DNA of 36,534 bases from positions 1 through 36,534 of the IMG/VR virus record IMGVR_UViG_3300032163_000058; one strand, 5' to 3'. Source of the stretch: a virus. Taxonomy: Duplodnaviria > Caudoviricetes. The translations under genes and the position numbers were made by a program. Positions 17,691-26,013 of the stretch are shown here, one piece after another (position 1 is the stretch's first letter; each line of letters begins with the position of its first letter). The notes beneath the pieces were generated by a model. The model worked only from the letters and a program-made list of their open reading frames with translations. It did no database searches and was not told the origin of the DNA.

Positions 17691-19194
17691 TCGCTTGCTC
17701 CAGTGCCTTTGCCGCCGCAAACAACGCATCAGCTAGATAGCGCGTGTCATCGGATTCATCTATCATAGATTTTGGCGAAGTAGAAACAATCGGCGTCTGT
17801 GAAGAGACATCTAATTTCTTTGATGCTGATGCCATTGCCTGAGCGCGTTCCCTTTCGATTCCTAGCGAAACTAATAATTCAATAGCAACTTCTTCTGCTA
17901 CTGTGCCTGCTGATACGCCATTCAATACATCTATCGCGCTGGAAATTTGCGCGCCATTGAGCGTCGTAACATTGGCAGCAACACCAGATATTTGTGGCGA
18001 TGCGGGAACAATCGGAGCGCCGCTGGTGGCAGGTGTAATGGCCGGCGCGGCAGGCACATTGACCCGCTTCGGTTCTGGTTTCAATCCCAGTATCTCCCGC
18101 CCCTCATCGCGCCGCATGACCGGCTCGCCGACAACCGTCGTCACGGCCTGCGACTGCATCAGTTGCGCCGCCTGCATGATTTCAAGTTTCTCCGGTTGCG
18201 CCACGAGTTTGTAACCGAGCCGAGAATAGAATTGCTTGTTGAGCGCGTCGAATGTTTCCTCGACGCGCGGGATGATTTCACCCGCGATGAAATTCAGATA
18301 CTCGCTGTCCGCAGTCGCGTATTTGTATCCGCCATTGACGATATTGGGTGATATGCCATGAGCAACTGCGATGTCATTTTGTTTCTGCGTGCTGAGTTCA
18401 ACGGCCTGGGTGTCTTTGACATTCGAGCCAATGGTGAAGGGTTTATTATCCTGACGCATCCGCATGACGATATAGCGCCAGGCGCGGCCAACTCCGGCCA
18501 CGCGCCGATTCCAGAAATTCTGAGTTTTCTCTATTTGCTCATCCGGTTTTATTGGGTCCTCAGGAACAATCGTCACCGGCACAGCGCCGCCATTGAAATA
18601 GCCGCTGGCAAACGCATCGAGCGCATAGAGCATCGAGGCTGCACTAAGCCCCACTTGCGACTCGCCCAGACCGGGCGCATTGTCTGCTTTCAAATTGGCA
18701 TTCCATAGATAGACGATCTCATCCAATTGGATTTCGTGCGGCGTGCTATCCTGCCGATAGAAGTAAGCAAGGCGTTTCGTAGTTGCGTCGTGTTTCGGTT
18801 GGACGGATGGAGACGGGACCCAACGCATTGATGGATTGTAGCCGGATGGATTGCCTTCGATGAGCGCATAGGCCGCGCCGGTCACACAGCGCGAGGCCTC
18901 GAGCATGAATAATAGGCGAGTGATGTTCGTCAATGATTCATACCCATCCTGCTGACTGACATCCTCGCCCTGTGCATTCAATAGCACGCGCGGCATCCGG
19001 CTGACCTCGTGCGCCCGGATATTCACGCAGCGAAATACGTAGGACACCACGTCATACGCCTGCATCGCGGTCAGGTTGCCGACGACAGCGGCGTTGACGA
19101 CATCGGATAGCGATGAGTAATATTTATCGCTGATGGCCGCGCCAAAGCCAACGGCCTTGCTGAATGTTTTACCGTCGTAGGTATAGGTGGTCAT
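17683..19194 (-). CDS. Portal protein (HK97 family) with C-terminal extension
   Basis: VFRCVNIRAHEVSRMP, GAAYALI, YFNGGAVP, IAVAHGISP, MRRDEGREILGLKP. Confidence 0.9.
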   Translation of the reverse strand: MTTYTYDGKTFSKAVGFGAAISDKYYSSLSDVVNAAVVGNLTAMQAYDVVSYVFRCVNIRAHEVSRMPRVLLNAQGEDVSQQDGYESLTNITRLLFMLEASRCVTGAAYALIEGNPSGYNPSMRWVPSPSVQPKHDATTKRLAYFYRQDSTPHEIQLDEIVYLWNANLKADNAPGLGESQVGLSAASMLYALDAFASGYFNGGAVPVTIVPEDPIKPDEQIEKTQNFWNRRVAGVGRAWRYIVMRMRQDNKPFTIGSNVKDTQAVELSTQKQNDIAVAHGISPNIVNGGYKYATADSEYLNFIAGEIIPRVEETFDALNKQFYSRLGYKLVAQPEKLEIMQAAQLMQSQAVTTVVGEPVMRRDEGREILGLKPEPKRVNVPAAPAITPATSGAPIVPASPQISGVAANVTTLNGAQISSAIDVLNGVSAGTVAEEVAIELLVSLGIERERAQAMASASKKLDVSSQTPIVSTSPKSMIDESDDTRYLADALFAAAKALEQANG

Positions 19195-20732
19195 TCGCCT
19201 GCCTCATCGGCATAATAACTGGCGGGGAACATAGAATATATCTGGCTGACTGCATACATCGCCATCACTACTGCATCGCCACAGTCCGGGGAACGGCCCA
19301 GCCGCGAACGAATGCCCTTGACTTGTCGTCCACTTTCGTCCGTTCCATCGTCTTTGCTTTCCACGATAATTTTACCAGCAATTACCTTGAAGCGCGGCGC
19401 GGCCAAATCCGCCACCAGTTCAGGATCGTCAGGTAAGCAGATGTCCGAACCATTATCCGGGTCAAGCGCCTCGCGGAACAACCAGTAGGCAGCCGAACGC
19501 ACATTACGGAATGACAACAAATTGCTTTTGTCTTTTATATCTGTGCCCGCCCCGCCATTGAATGCTTGCGCCAAAATTCCGAGTTGAATCATTGAATCGT
19601 ACACGCTCGACCCGATACCCACCACGTCGATAATGACTATCGCATTGTCTCTGTGATTGGCTGCGATGAGCGCCGCTCCGCTGGGGCCGTCAGGTGTGGC
19701 TGTTCCGGGTACTTTGATGAGTGGGTCGAACCAGTTGCCGTAGAGCAGCGCGAGGACAGTTTTATCTTTTCCGCCCCGCGCTACATCTGCGCCTAAAGCG
19801 GTTTGTAATCTCTCGCCTCGTTCGGTCTGCTTGCCGCGTTCGACCGCCGCTTTAATCCATGCAATCGGAATGACCTGCCAGGGATTGACAATTTTTCCGG
19901 CAGTGAAATTGCCTTTTAGAATTGAGCGAAGCGGTTCAGGCAGTGAATCAATCTGCGAGCCATAGCCGGTTTGTTCGAGGATGGGATTGTCCGCGAGACG
20001 GGCGCGGAAGAACGTCCTATTTTTAGGAATGATAGTAGCGCCATTATGAATGAATGAATCGCCGCTATCCATTTCAGTTTCTTTGCCGTCGAGCATCGCG
20101 TACCAGCGTAATTCGCCGTCAATTGCCGGATGATGATGAGCCGGGTCCAGCCAGGGTGAGAAATAACGTGTCACCCATTCCTGCGTTTCATCCATCGGCG
20201 GGTTGAATGTCATGACAGTCCGGCATTTTTGGCCGGGAATAATCGTTCGATTCCAAGCCATGACAAAGCGCACTTGCGATTCGTTGAACTCAGTCACTTC
20301 GTCGAAGAGCATCCCATCGTAAGGCCGGCCCTGAAAATTTCGCTTGTCATCTTCGTATTGCATCGCCGCCAGTTGAATTGTATGCCGCCCATTATTCAAA
20401 CTCCAACGATGCAATTGCTCATTGAAACTGTCCTCGTAATGTGATTGACCTTGCCCGAATATTTCCCGGCTTCGAGATACGATCCCCTCCAGACGCGGAA
20501 ACTCTCGACGGAAAATTATTGAACGGTTGTGCTTCGTCCCGGCGAAACCTAAAAGCAAATCGGTTTTTCCGCCGCCAGCTTCGCCGCCATAGCCGATGAC
20601 ATCCGCATCACTATTGTAAGCGTTCGTCTGCGGGCCGGGTTGAGGCTTCCAGATTGGCGTTGTTGCTCCGCTCTTTGCCCGCGCCGCCTGATGCGCTTCG
20701 ATCAGCATCGGCTCCAACAGTTCGGGCGGCAT
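19191..20732 (-). CDS. terL: Terminase large subunit
   Basis: PQPGPQ, Walker A YGGEAGGGKT, Walker B MLFDEVTEF, TFNP, nuclease GADVARGGKD and SPDCGDA; start could be 20732-20804. Confidence 0.93.
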   Translation of the reverse strand: MPPELLEPMLIEAHQAARAKSGATTPIWKPQPGPQTNAYNSDADVIGYGGEAGGGKTDLLLGFAGTKHNRSIIFRREFPRLEGIVSRSREIFGQGQSHYEDSFNEQLHRWSLNNGRHTIQLAAMQYEDDKRNFQGRPYDGMLFDEVTEFNESQVRFVMAWNRTIIPGQKCRTVMTFNPPMDETQEWVTRYFSPWLDPAHHHPAIDGELRWYAMLDGKETEMDSGDSFIHNGATIIPKNRTFFRARLADNPILEQTGYGSQIDSLPEPLRSILKGNFTAGKIVNPWQVIPIAWIKAAVERGKQTERGERLQTALGADVARGGKDKTVLALLYGNWFDPLIKVPGTATPDGPSGAALIAANHRDNAIVIIDVVGIGSSVYDSMIQLGILAQAFNGGAGTDIKDKSNLLSFRNVRSAAYWLFREALDPDNGSDICLPDDPELVADLAAPRFKVIAGKIIVESKDDGTDESGRQVKGIRSRLGRSPDCGDAVVMAMYAVSQIYSMFPASYYADEAGE

Positions 20733-21177
20733 CGTGTTCAGCGGCGGCGGCAGCCGCGACCAGTCCATTGAAGACGGCGGCAGCGTCGAGACCTTGTTGT
20801 TCAAGATATTCTTTCCATGTCATCGTGGCAATCGGTGTAACAAGTTTTCCGTCTGTGCGATCCAAAATCGTAGCGAATACTTTTGCTTCTGTTTCGTTCA
20901 TCAGAGTTAGAAGGGCACGGGCAGCAATGATGCTTGCCGTTGTCATCTCGCCCTTGAACTTTCTAAATTCTTTCGCATAGACTTCGCAAGCCTCGGCCAC
21001 TTCGAGCGGTGACATGCCCTGAAATTTATTCAACCAATAAGTAATGCTGGCTTCATTTTTGGGGCGACCTTTGGGATTAGGAGAGGGTGCGCCGCTTTTG
21101 AACTGCTTATCTTTCGGCGGATGTTTATAACCTACTTCACTGTTTTTTCCCTGTTGTTTCGTGCTTTTCTTTTTCAT
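20611..21177 (-). CDS. terS: Terminase small subunit (DUF5681-like)
   Basis: VGYKHPPKDKQFKSG..NPKGRPK and ILDRTDGK; directly upstream of TerL. Confidence 0.75.
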   Translation of the reverse strand: MKKKSTKQQGKNSEVGYKHPPKDKQFKSGAPSPNPKGRPKNEASITYWLNKFQGMSPLEVAEACEVYAKEFRKFKGEMTTASIIAARALLTLMNETEAKVFATILDRTDGKLVTPIATMTWKEYLEQQGLDAAAVFNGLVAAAAAAEHDAARTVGADADRSASGGAGKERSNNANLEASTRPADERLQ

Positions 21178-21494
21178 TTCAGCATCGCTTCTGTCTCAGA
21201 CAGCAACTCTTCGGCGCTCGTGAGCAGGTCAAGCGCATCCTCGCCGCACAGATAGCGCCCCTGCCATTCGTCAGCCCACTCCACTTGATGCGCCTGCCGC
21301 TTTTCGCCCGGTGATTTGCATTCGATGGCGATGGTCAGCATGTGCTTGGCAACGAACAGGTCGGGAGCATTTCTGCCGACGGCATGAACGTCGCAAACTG
21401 ACCAACCGGCATCGCGGAATGCGGTTTCGGTTGCAGGCTGCGTGCCGTCTTTCCTGGAGGGCGCGAAGGTTCTAGGCATGATCTTCGGCTGCAT
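21174..21494 (-). CDS. VRR-NUC / PD-(D/E)xK nuclease (resolvase-like)
   Basis: PDLFVA..IAIECK..Q..W motif. Confidence 0.75.
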   Translation of the reverse strand: MQPKIMPRTFAPSRKDGTQPATETAFRDAGWSVCDVHAVGRNAPDLFVAKHMLTIAIECKSPGEKRQAHQVEWADEWQGRYLCGEDALDLLTSAEELLSETEAMLK

Positions 21495-21819
21495 CTACGT
21501 CCCGCGTCGTCTGCCCCGCCCAAATCTCGCGCGCGATTTTGACGGCGGTCGGATGATCGCGCTCGACCTCGACGCACAGAAAATTGAAAGCGTTTGTGGC
21601 GCGCATGAATTGCAGTTCGCGTTCCTTGTCCCGCTGTTCGAGCGACTTCACGCGCCGATCTAAATCAGCCACGATGTCGCGCCAATACTGGATCGCCTTG
21701 TCGCTGGCTTGGGCCTGCACGTCAGCGGACGTTTTGCGGCGGGTCGATAGCGCCACGACCAGCGCGGCGATACCGGACAACACGCCCGCCAATGCCGCCA
21801 CGAAAATTGTTGTATCCAT
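21472..21819 (-). CDS. Membrane-anchored coiled-coil protein (lysis module)
   Basis: N-terminal TM then heptad pattern; GGAG SD before ATG 21819. Confidence 0.6.
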   Translation of the reverse strand: MDTTIFVAALAGVLSGIAALVVALSTRRKTSADVQAQASDKAIQYWRDIVADLDRRVKSLEQRDKERELQFMRATNAFNFLCVEVERDHPTAVKIAREIWAGQTTRDVDAAEDHA

Positions 21820-21821
21820 AA

Positions 21822-22085
21822 TCAAATCTCCACGATGGCGAAGGCGGCCAGCAGACTGAGGATAGTAATAAGCGCGGGTCTGAGAAGCATAGTGGCGTGG
21901 GCAGCATCGACGATACCGATGGCTATGAGCAGATAGATGACCGCGCAATAGAGCGCCGCACCTGCCGCCATGTATCGGAGCGTGCTCCGCATGTTATGCA
22001 GTCGGCGGGCGTTGCGGAATTGCAGGATGCAGGCCAGCAATCCAAACACAACGCCCGCCCACGAGAGGAGGAGAGAAACAGGCAT
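21822..22085 (-). CDS. Small three-TM membrane protein, holin candidate
   Basis: Three hydrophobic segments; lysis neighbourhood. Confidence 0.55.
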   Translation of the reverse strand: MPVSLLLSWAGVVFGLLACILQFRNARRLHNMRSTLRYMAAGAALYCAVIYLLIAIGIVDAAHATMLLRPALITILSLLAAFAIVEI

Positions 22086-22101
22086 CAGCCTGGAATCTCA
22101 G

Positions 22102-22419
22102 TTACTTGGGCTGCACGAGTTGGCGTAATCCACCGTGCGCGTATTGAGAAGCGGCCCACAGGCGCACGCCATTCAGCCCGAGGTCAACGTAATGCTGGAC
22201 GAGCGTCAACGTTTCGGGCGGGACGGATTTAGCCAGAGCCACCAGACCTTCGCTCAGAAATGGTGATCCGGCCACGAGCACAAAGGCTGCGATGCCTTTT
22301 TGCTGCGCGGTCAATTTCTGCCAGGCCGGAAATTTCTCAAATAGGGCGACGACGGTCAGGCCATTGACGGCGAGCCACACGACGAACGGCACGATTTCAG
22401 TTGGGAAAGGTAGTGTCAT
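22102..22419 (-). CDS. Putative holin
   Basis: 105 aa, hydrophobic segments, KFPAWQKLTAQQK loop; AGGAG SD. Confidence 0.55.
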   Translation of the reverse strand: MTLPFPTEIVPFVVWLAVNGLTVVALFEKFPAWQKLTAQQKGIAAFVLVAGSPFLSEGLVALAKSVPPETLTLVQHYVDLGLNGVRLWAASQYAHGGLRQLVQPK

Positions 22420-22477
22420 TGGATAGAGTCTCCTGAGAAAGGATTGTACGCTGTTTTATGTTCCGATGCAAATACTG

Positions 22478-23353
22478 CTATCCCGGCGGCGCAATCTCGC
22501 TCTTGATCTTGGCGATCATCTGCCGCGCGTTGGTGATATCAGTCAAAATTTGCTGGCTGAGAGCGTTGACGGCGTTGATTGCATTGGTCATGGAATTGAA
22601 ATCAACGGCAATCTGTTCGAGCGAGGATGCAACGGCGTCCACCGTGCCAGGCTGAGGGGCGGGGGCGGGGGTGGGGGCAGGTTCGTCCACGTAGTCGAGC
22701 GAACACGGGCCGAAGAAAAACGCGACGCCGGTTGGGTCGTTCGGCCAGTTCTGTTGGGTCTTCTGGATAATGGTCATCTCGCCCGAGGGTGGAACGAACG
22801 CCGAAATCTCGAATAGATTCCACACCCGGCTGTTTCCGGGCCAGTCCCGCCGGTCTTTCATCTCGGCATAAGTTCGATGAACAGGAACGGGCGATGAGTA
22901 ACCATTGCATACGAGTTCGACCTGAGCGTGGCAGTGGTCATCCTCCAAATGCCCGGCAGGTCCGCGCGGGACATCCTGAGTATCAGGCAGGATGTAGCAC
23001 GAGAGTCGGACCTTGCGGCCAGGGGTGAGGCCTAAGACGCGGTTGACGTGCCGGGTACAGGATGGTCCGTGAAACGATTTATAGACCTGCTTCAGGACGG
23101 GCCCGAGCAGGAGCGCGCGTGATTGTCCCGCCTGTTCGTCGGGCGGGAGTTGGGTCGCGAGTTTGAATACGATTTCTGGTTGACGCTCGACACGGGCGAG
23201 CATAATGCCCTGACCGTTGCCATAGGCTTTTTCGGCCCAGAACATCGTTGAGTTATTGGGCAGATAGACGACCTCCCAATCGAGCGGAGTCTGATTGCCA
23301 TCCGGGCCGGTCATCCAGTTCGCTTGCCTATCGCCGTTGGAAAGTAGGTTCAT
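22478..23353 (-). CDS. Hypothetical protein: CBM-like N-terminal domain, Pro linker, coiled coil
   Basis: MNLLSNGD start, PAPTPAPAPQP linker, C-terminal heptads. Confidence 0.55.
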   Translation of the reverse strand: MNLLSNGDRQANWMTGPDGNQTPLDWEVVYLPNNSTMFWAEKAYGNGQGIMLARVERQPEIVFKLATQLPPDEQAGQSRALLLGPVLKQVYKSFHGPSCTRHVNRVLGLTPGRKVRLSCYILPDTQDVPRGPAGHLEDDHCHAQVELVCNGYSSPVPVHRTYAEMKDRRDWPGNSRVWNLFEISAFVPPSGEMTIIQKTQQNWPNDPTGVAFFFGPCSLDYVDEPAPTPAPAPQPGTVDAVASSLEQIAVDFNSMTNAINAVNALSQQILTDITNARQMIAKIKSEIAPPG

Positions 23354-23997
23354 TTAATTCGCCTTTCTTCTGAGATCAGCAATTCAATCGGGTAACTGGC
23401 CGAGTCGGGCAGCGGGCGGAAGTGCGTCCGGCCATCCGGCCATGGCTCGGTTAGCAAACTGCTGTCGGGCGCGCGGAGCAAACTGCCGCTTCCATCACGC
23501 GCGTATCGGGCATCGGAAAAAAACAGCGCGCCGCGCGTCGGGTCGGGAATGCGCTGGCTCAACACGCAGCGGGCAATCGAGCGGGCAATCCAGTAAGCAT
23601 CTCGTCCGGCGTCGGGCAGACCGCCGAACCATCGGCTATTGGCTTCGGGATTGGCAGCCACTGCGGCATTGTTCGGAGCGCCGGGGGCCGCGCCGGTCAT
23701 TCCCTGAAATTGTCCCTTCGCCATGATCGCGGCGCGGAGATTTCCGAGCGCATAATCGAAGCCGGGATGCAGGCCCAGCGTCCGGTTGAGCGCGACCCAG
23801 GCGATGCCGACTGAATCCACCTGTCCATCACCGGTCAGGATGCGCCCACCCGCCTCGGAGAGGATCATGCGCGCCAGCAGGTCATCCTCGACGACTGAAT
23901 GCCAGTCAAGCGGAAAAGCCAAGACGGGCGCGGGTGGGGGTGGAGGTGAAACGAATGGGGAACAGACGATGAGTAGAGCGACAGCGATTTCAAGCAC
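23350..23997 (-). CDS. SleB/CwlJ-like cell wall hydrolase (Hydrolase_2), endolysin candidate
   Basis: LLARMILSEAGG, IAWVALNR, GQFQ, DPTRGALFF; hydrophobic N-terminus. Confidence 0.8.
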   Translation of the reverse strand: MLEIAVALLIVCSPFVSPPPPPAPVLAFPLDWHSVVEDDLLARMILSEAGGRILTGDGQVDSVGIAWVALNRTLGLHPGFDYALGNLRAAIMAKGQFQGMTGAAPGAPNNAAVAANPEANSRWFGGLPDAGRDAYWIARSIARCVLSQRIPDPTRGALFFSDARYARDGSGSLLRAPDSSLLTEPWPDGRTHFRPLPDSASYPIELLISEERRIK

Positions 23998-24287
23998 GCC
24001 CTGATGATACGCCCATTCGATTTTCTGCGCAATATGGGCTGCTTTTCGAGGCCACAGGAAGGGCTGCGCCGAAGCACTACTATTTGTATTTCAACGATTT
24101 TTTGACCGCCAATGACTGCGAAAACGTTGGTTTCCTGCGGAAAACAGCACATTTTTGACCTCGAGGCTGAAACAACGCGCAAATCGGGCTATGCTGTGAT
24201 ACCTATTTCGCAGTAGCGTGTGCCACAGCCACGCCCAACGCGATGGCGGCGGCGCGTAGAATCTAATCGACATGGTACCAACGTACT

Positions 24288-24322
24288 ATTGAGTCAATTG
24301 GGCGGATGTCGTAATATATAAT
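24288..24322 (+). promoter_or_regulatory. Putative early promoter with palindrome over the -35
   Basis: TTGAGT-17-TAATAT (overlapping TATAAT); ATTGA-G-TCAAT at 24288-24298; divergence point of the two arms. Confidence 0.5.
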
Positions 24323-24390
24323 TGTGGCCAGATGGTCACTCGCAGCAATGAGCGATGTTTCCTGAAGGTCACAGAACCGGAGTGTTACGA

Positions 24391-24427
24391 CCGGATGAGC
24401 GATTGAACAGCCGAGAGAAATGAGGAA
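24391..24427 (+). repeat. Intergenic repeat copy 1 (3' half only)
   Basis: GAACAGCCGAGAGAAATGAGGAA; GCCGAGAGAAATGAGGAA is identical in copy 6. Confidence 0.65.
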
Positions 24428-24431
24428 TGAA

Positions 24432-24644
24432 ATGAACGAGAAAGAAATCCACGAAAAATTGGTAGCCCTCAATGTAATTTTGTCATCGGAGCGCGCTGAA
24501 ATTGCAATGCGCGAAAATGCCAAAAAACGAATCACTAAAAAATTCGCGCGGTTGTTGGCTGTCCATGCCGATAACAGCCGGATGGAGGGCGTGCTATACG
24601 CAATGTTATGTGCGGCGCGAGGGGAAAAAAATTACGCGGAATAG
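24432..24644 (+). CDS. Cassette ORF 1, helical hypothetical protein
   Basis: GAGG SD, 70 aa, between repeats. Confidence 0.7.
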   Translation: MNEKEIHEKLVALNVILSSERAEIAMRENAKKRITKKFARLLAVHADNSRMEGVLYAMLCAARGEKNYAE

Positions 24645-24669
24645 AACACACATGCCGAACCAACCCACC

Positions 24670-24701
24670 AGCGCGCCCGGCGGCGCGGAACAGCCGGGAG
24701 A
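24670..24701 (+). repeat. Intergenic hairpin repeat copy 2
   Basis: AGCGCGCCCGGCGGCGCGGAACAGCCGGGAGA. Confidence 0.9.
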
Positions 24702-24707
24702 GGAAAC

Positions 24708-24860
24708 ATGAAAGCGACGCGAAAATCCTACGCGAAAATGACACAGATGAAACGTACGCGCAAACCGCGCAAATGCTCCATCTGTGAACGCATCATTCAG
24801 ATAGGCCAGAAATATGGTCTTACCTCGCGCGGGACGATCTGGTGCGAGGACTGCAAATAG
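24708..24860 (+). CDS. Cassette ORF 2, 50-aa basic zinc-ribbon protein (absent from ORF track)
   Basis: MKATRKSYAKMTQMKRTRKPRKCSICERIIQIGQKYGLTSRGTIWCEDCK; GGGAGAGG SD; stop abuts next repeat. Confidence 0.7.
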   Translation: MKATRKSYAKMTQMKRTRKPRKCSICERIIQIGQKYGLTSRGTIWCEDCK

Positions 24861-24892
24861 CGCACCCGGCGGCGCAGAACAGCCGGGAGAAA
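24859..24892 (+). repeat. Intergenic hairpin repeat copy 3
   Basis: AGCGCACCCGGCGGCGCAGAACAGCCGGGAGAAA. Confidence 0.9.
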
Positions 24893-24901
24893 GAACATCC
24901 A

Positions 24902-25114
24902 ATGAAAAAGCAAATCCTAATTTTCCGCGATAAATGTGAAAGGCCGTACCATATTGAAATTCGCCGCGATGGAAAATTGTGCAGCAATCATTACAACATC
25001 GCCACTCATGCAGAGGCAGTAGAGATTGCACTGTCCGAGTACAAGAGCCGCGACATGTACGGGCAAGGCAGCGGTTGGGAATTATCGGACTATTCGGAAA
25101 CCACCATACTATAG
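24902..25114 (+). CDS. Cassette ORF 3, hypothetical protein
   Basis: MKKQILIFRDK.., 70 aa, fills the space between repeats. Confidence 0.7.
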   Translation: MKKQILIFRDKCERPYHIEIRRDGKLCSNHYNIATHAEAVEIALSEYKSRDMYGQGSGWELSDYSETTIL

Positions 25115-25132
25115 CCCGCTCTGGGCACAAAC

Positions 25133-25166
25133 AGCGCACCCGGCGGCGGGGAACAGCCGGGAGAAA
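25133..25166 (+). repeat. Intergenic hairpin repeat copy 4
   Basis: AGCGCACCCGGCGGCGGGGAACAGCCGGGAGAAA. Confidence 0.9.
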
Positions 25167-25177
25167 TGGAGACAGAC

Positions 25178-25378
25178 ATGACAACAGAACTGGTGCTCGA
25201 TGGGAATTTCCGGAACGACGAATCGGTGTGGGACGCGATTGAATGGGAGAGAGAGACTGTGACTGTGCCTGATGGCTACAGTGTGCAGCAGGCGGGTGAT
25301 GATGTGATGGTCATCCGGCTGGCGGATGAGTCAGTCTGCCACTGCGTCATAATTGATTCTGATTTTGTAATCGACTAG
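25178..25378 (+). CDS. Cassette ORF 4, acidic hypothetical protein
   Basis: GGAG SD; Asp/Glu-rich, 66 aa. Confidence 0.7.
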   Translation: MTTELVLDGNFRNDESVWDAIEWERETVTVPDGYSVQQAGDDVMVIRLADESVCHCVIIDSDFVID

Positions 25379-25386
25379 TGCGAGAC

Positions 25387-25421
25387 AGCGCGCCCCGGCG
25401 GCGCACAACAGCCGGGAGAAA
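25387..25421 (+). repeat. Intergenic hairpin repeat copy 5
   Basis: AGCGCGCCCCGGCGGCGCACAACAGCCGGGAGAAA. Confidence 0.9.
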
Positions 25422-25434
25422 TTGGAGAAATGAA

Positions 25435-25842
25435 ATGGAAAAACATCTAGGGCAGGAATGGCTCTCCGAATTCGCTCCAGTCAATGTCTGGAGTGGGGGA
25501 GCCTTCCAGAAAAGAGCATTGGATGGTTTTCCATTTTTGATTACAGAATTGTGGAGTGCGGTAGACGACGCAGCCGCACTCCACTTGATCCAGATAGCAG
25601 ATGATCTATCGGGATCAACAAACGTCTATCACTCGGTAGACGAAATTCGTTATGGGGAATATCCTCCCGGAGTTAGGATTATCAAGGAGGATGAGAGTGA
25701 CGAGTATCAACAACACTACTCCCGACTGACGCGCTGGGGTAGATTTTATGTGGGGGGAAGGTGGGCGAGAACCGTAACATGGCATAGACACGATGGCTCG
25801 GGCCGCGAGGCCGGGACTGTAGAATTTTGGGCTTCGTGGTAA
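25435..25842 (+). CDS. Cassette ORF 5, hypothetical protein
   Basis: GGAG SD; MEKHLGQEW.., 135 aa. Confidence 0.7.
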   Translation: MEKHLGQEWLSEFAPVNVWSGGAFQKRALDGFPFLITELWSAVDDAAALHLIQIADDLSGSTNVYHSVDEIRYGEYPPGVRIIKEDESDEYQQHYSRLTRWGRFYVGGRWARTVTWHRHDGSGREAGTVEFWASW

Positions 25843-25850
25843 TAAGGCAT

Positions 25851-25888
25851 ACGCACCCGGCGGCGCACAACGCCGAGAGAAATGAGGA
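25851..25888 (+). repeat. Intergenic hairpin repeat copy 6
   Basis: ACGCACCCGGCGGCGCACAACGCCGAGAGAAATGAGGA. Confidence 0.85.
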
Positions 25889-25893
25889 ACAAA

Positions 25894-26013
25894 ATGGAGG
25901 GCTGGAAATGGCAGGGCAGGAACGAGCACGAAGCGACAGAGGCGTACATCGAGGACGCGCGGGCGGAGACGGAATACAGCCACAGCACAGGAGCACACCA
26001 TGACCGACTATGA
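25894..26013 (+). CDS. Cassette ORF 6, 39-aa peptide (absent from ORF track)
   Basis: GAGG SD; MEGWKWQGRNEHEATEAYIEDARAETEYSHSTGAHHDRL. Confidence 0.5.
   Translation: MEGWKWQGRNEHEATEAYIEDARAETEYSHSTGAHHDRL

Noticed and set aside
20611-20804. TerS-TerL programmed frameshift fusion
   Set aside because: The overlap is long but I saw no convincing slippery site; C-terminal run-on of TerS explains it.
24091-24273. 60-aa minus-strand ORF in the control region
   Set aside because: No SD or recognisable features; cannot be supported.
24670-25888. CRISPR array
   Set aside because: Repeat spacing is 189-464 bp, irregular, and each interval is a full ORF; no cas genes seen.
24391-26013. Classical integron with attC sites
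   Set aside because: No RYYYAAC/GTTRRRY core pair, repeats are too short, and no tyrosine recombinase is in the window.
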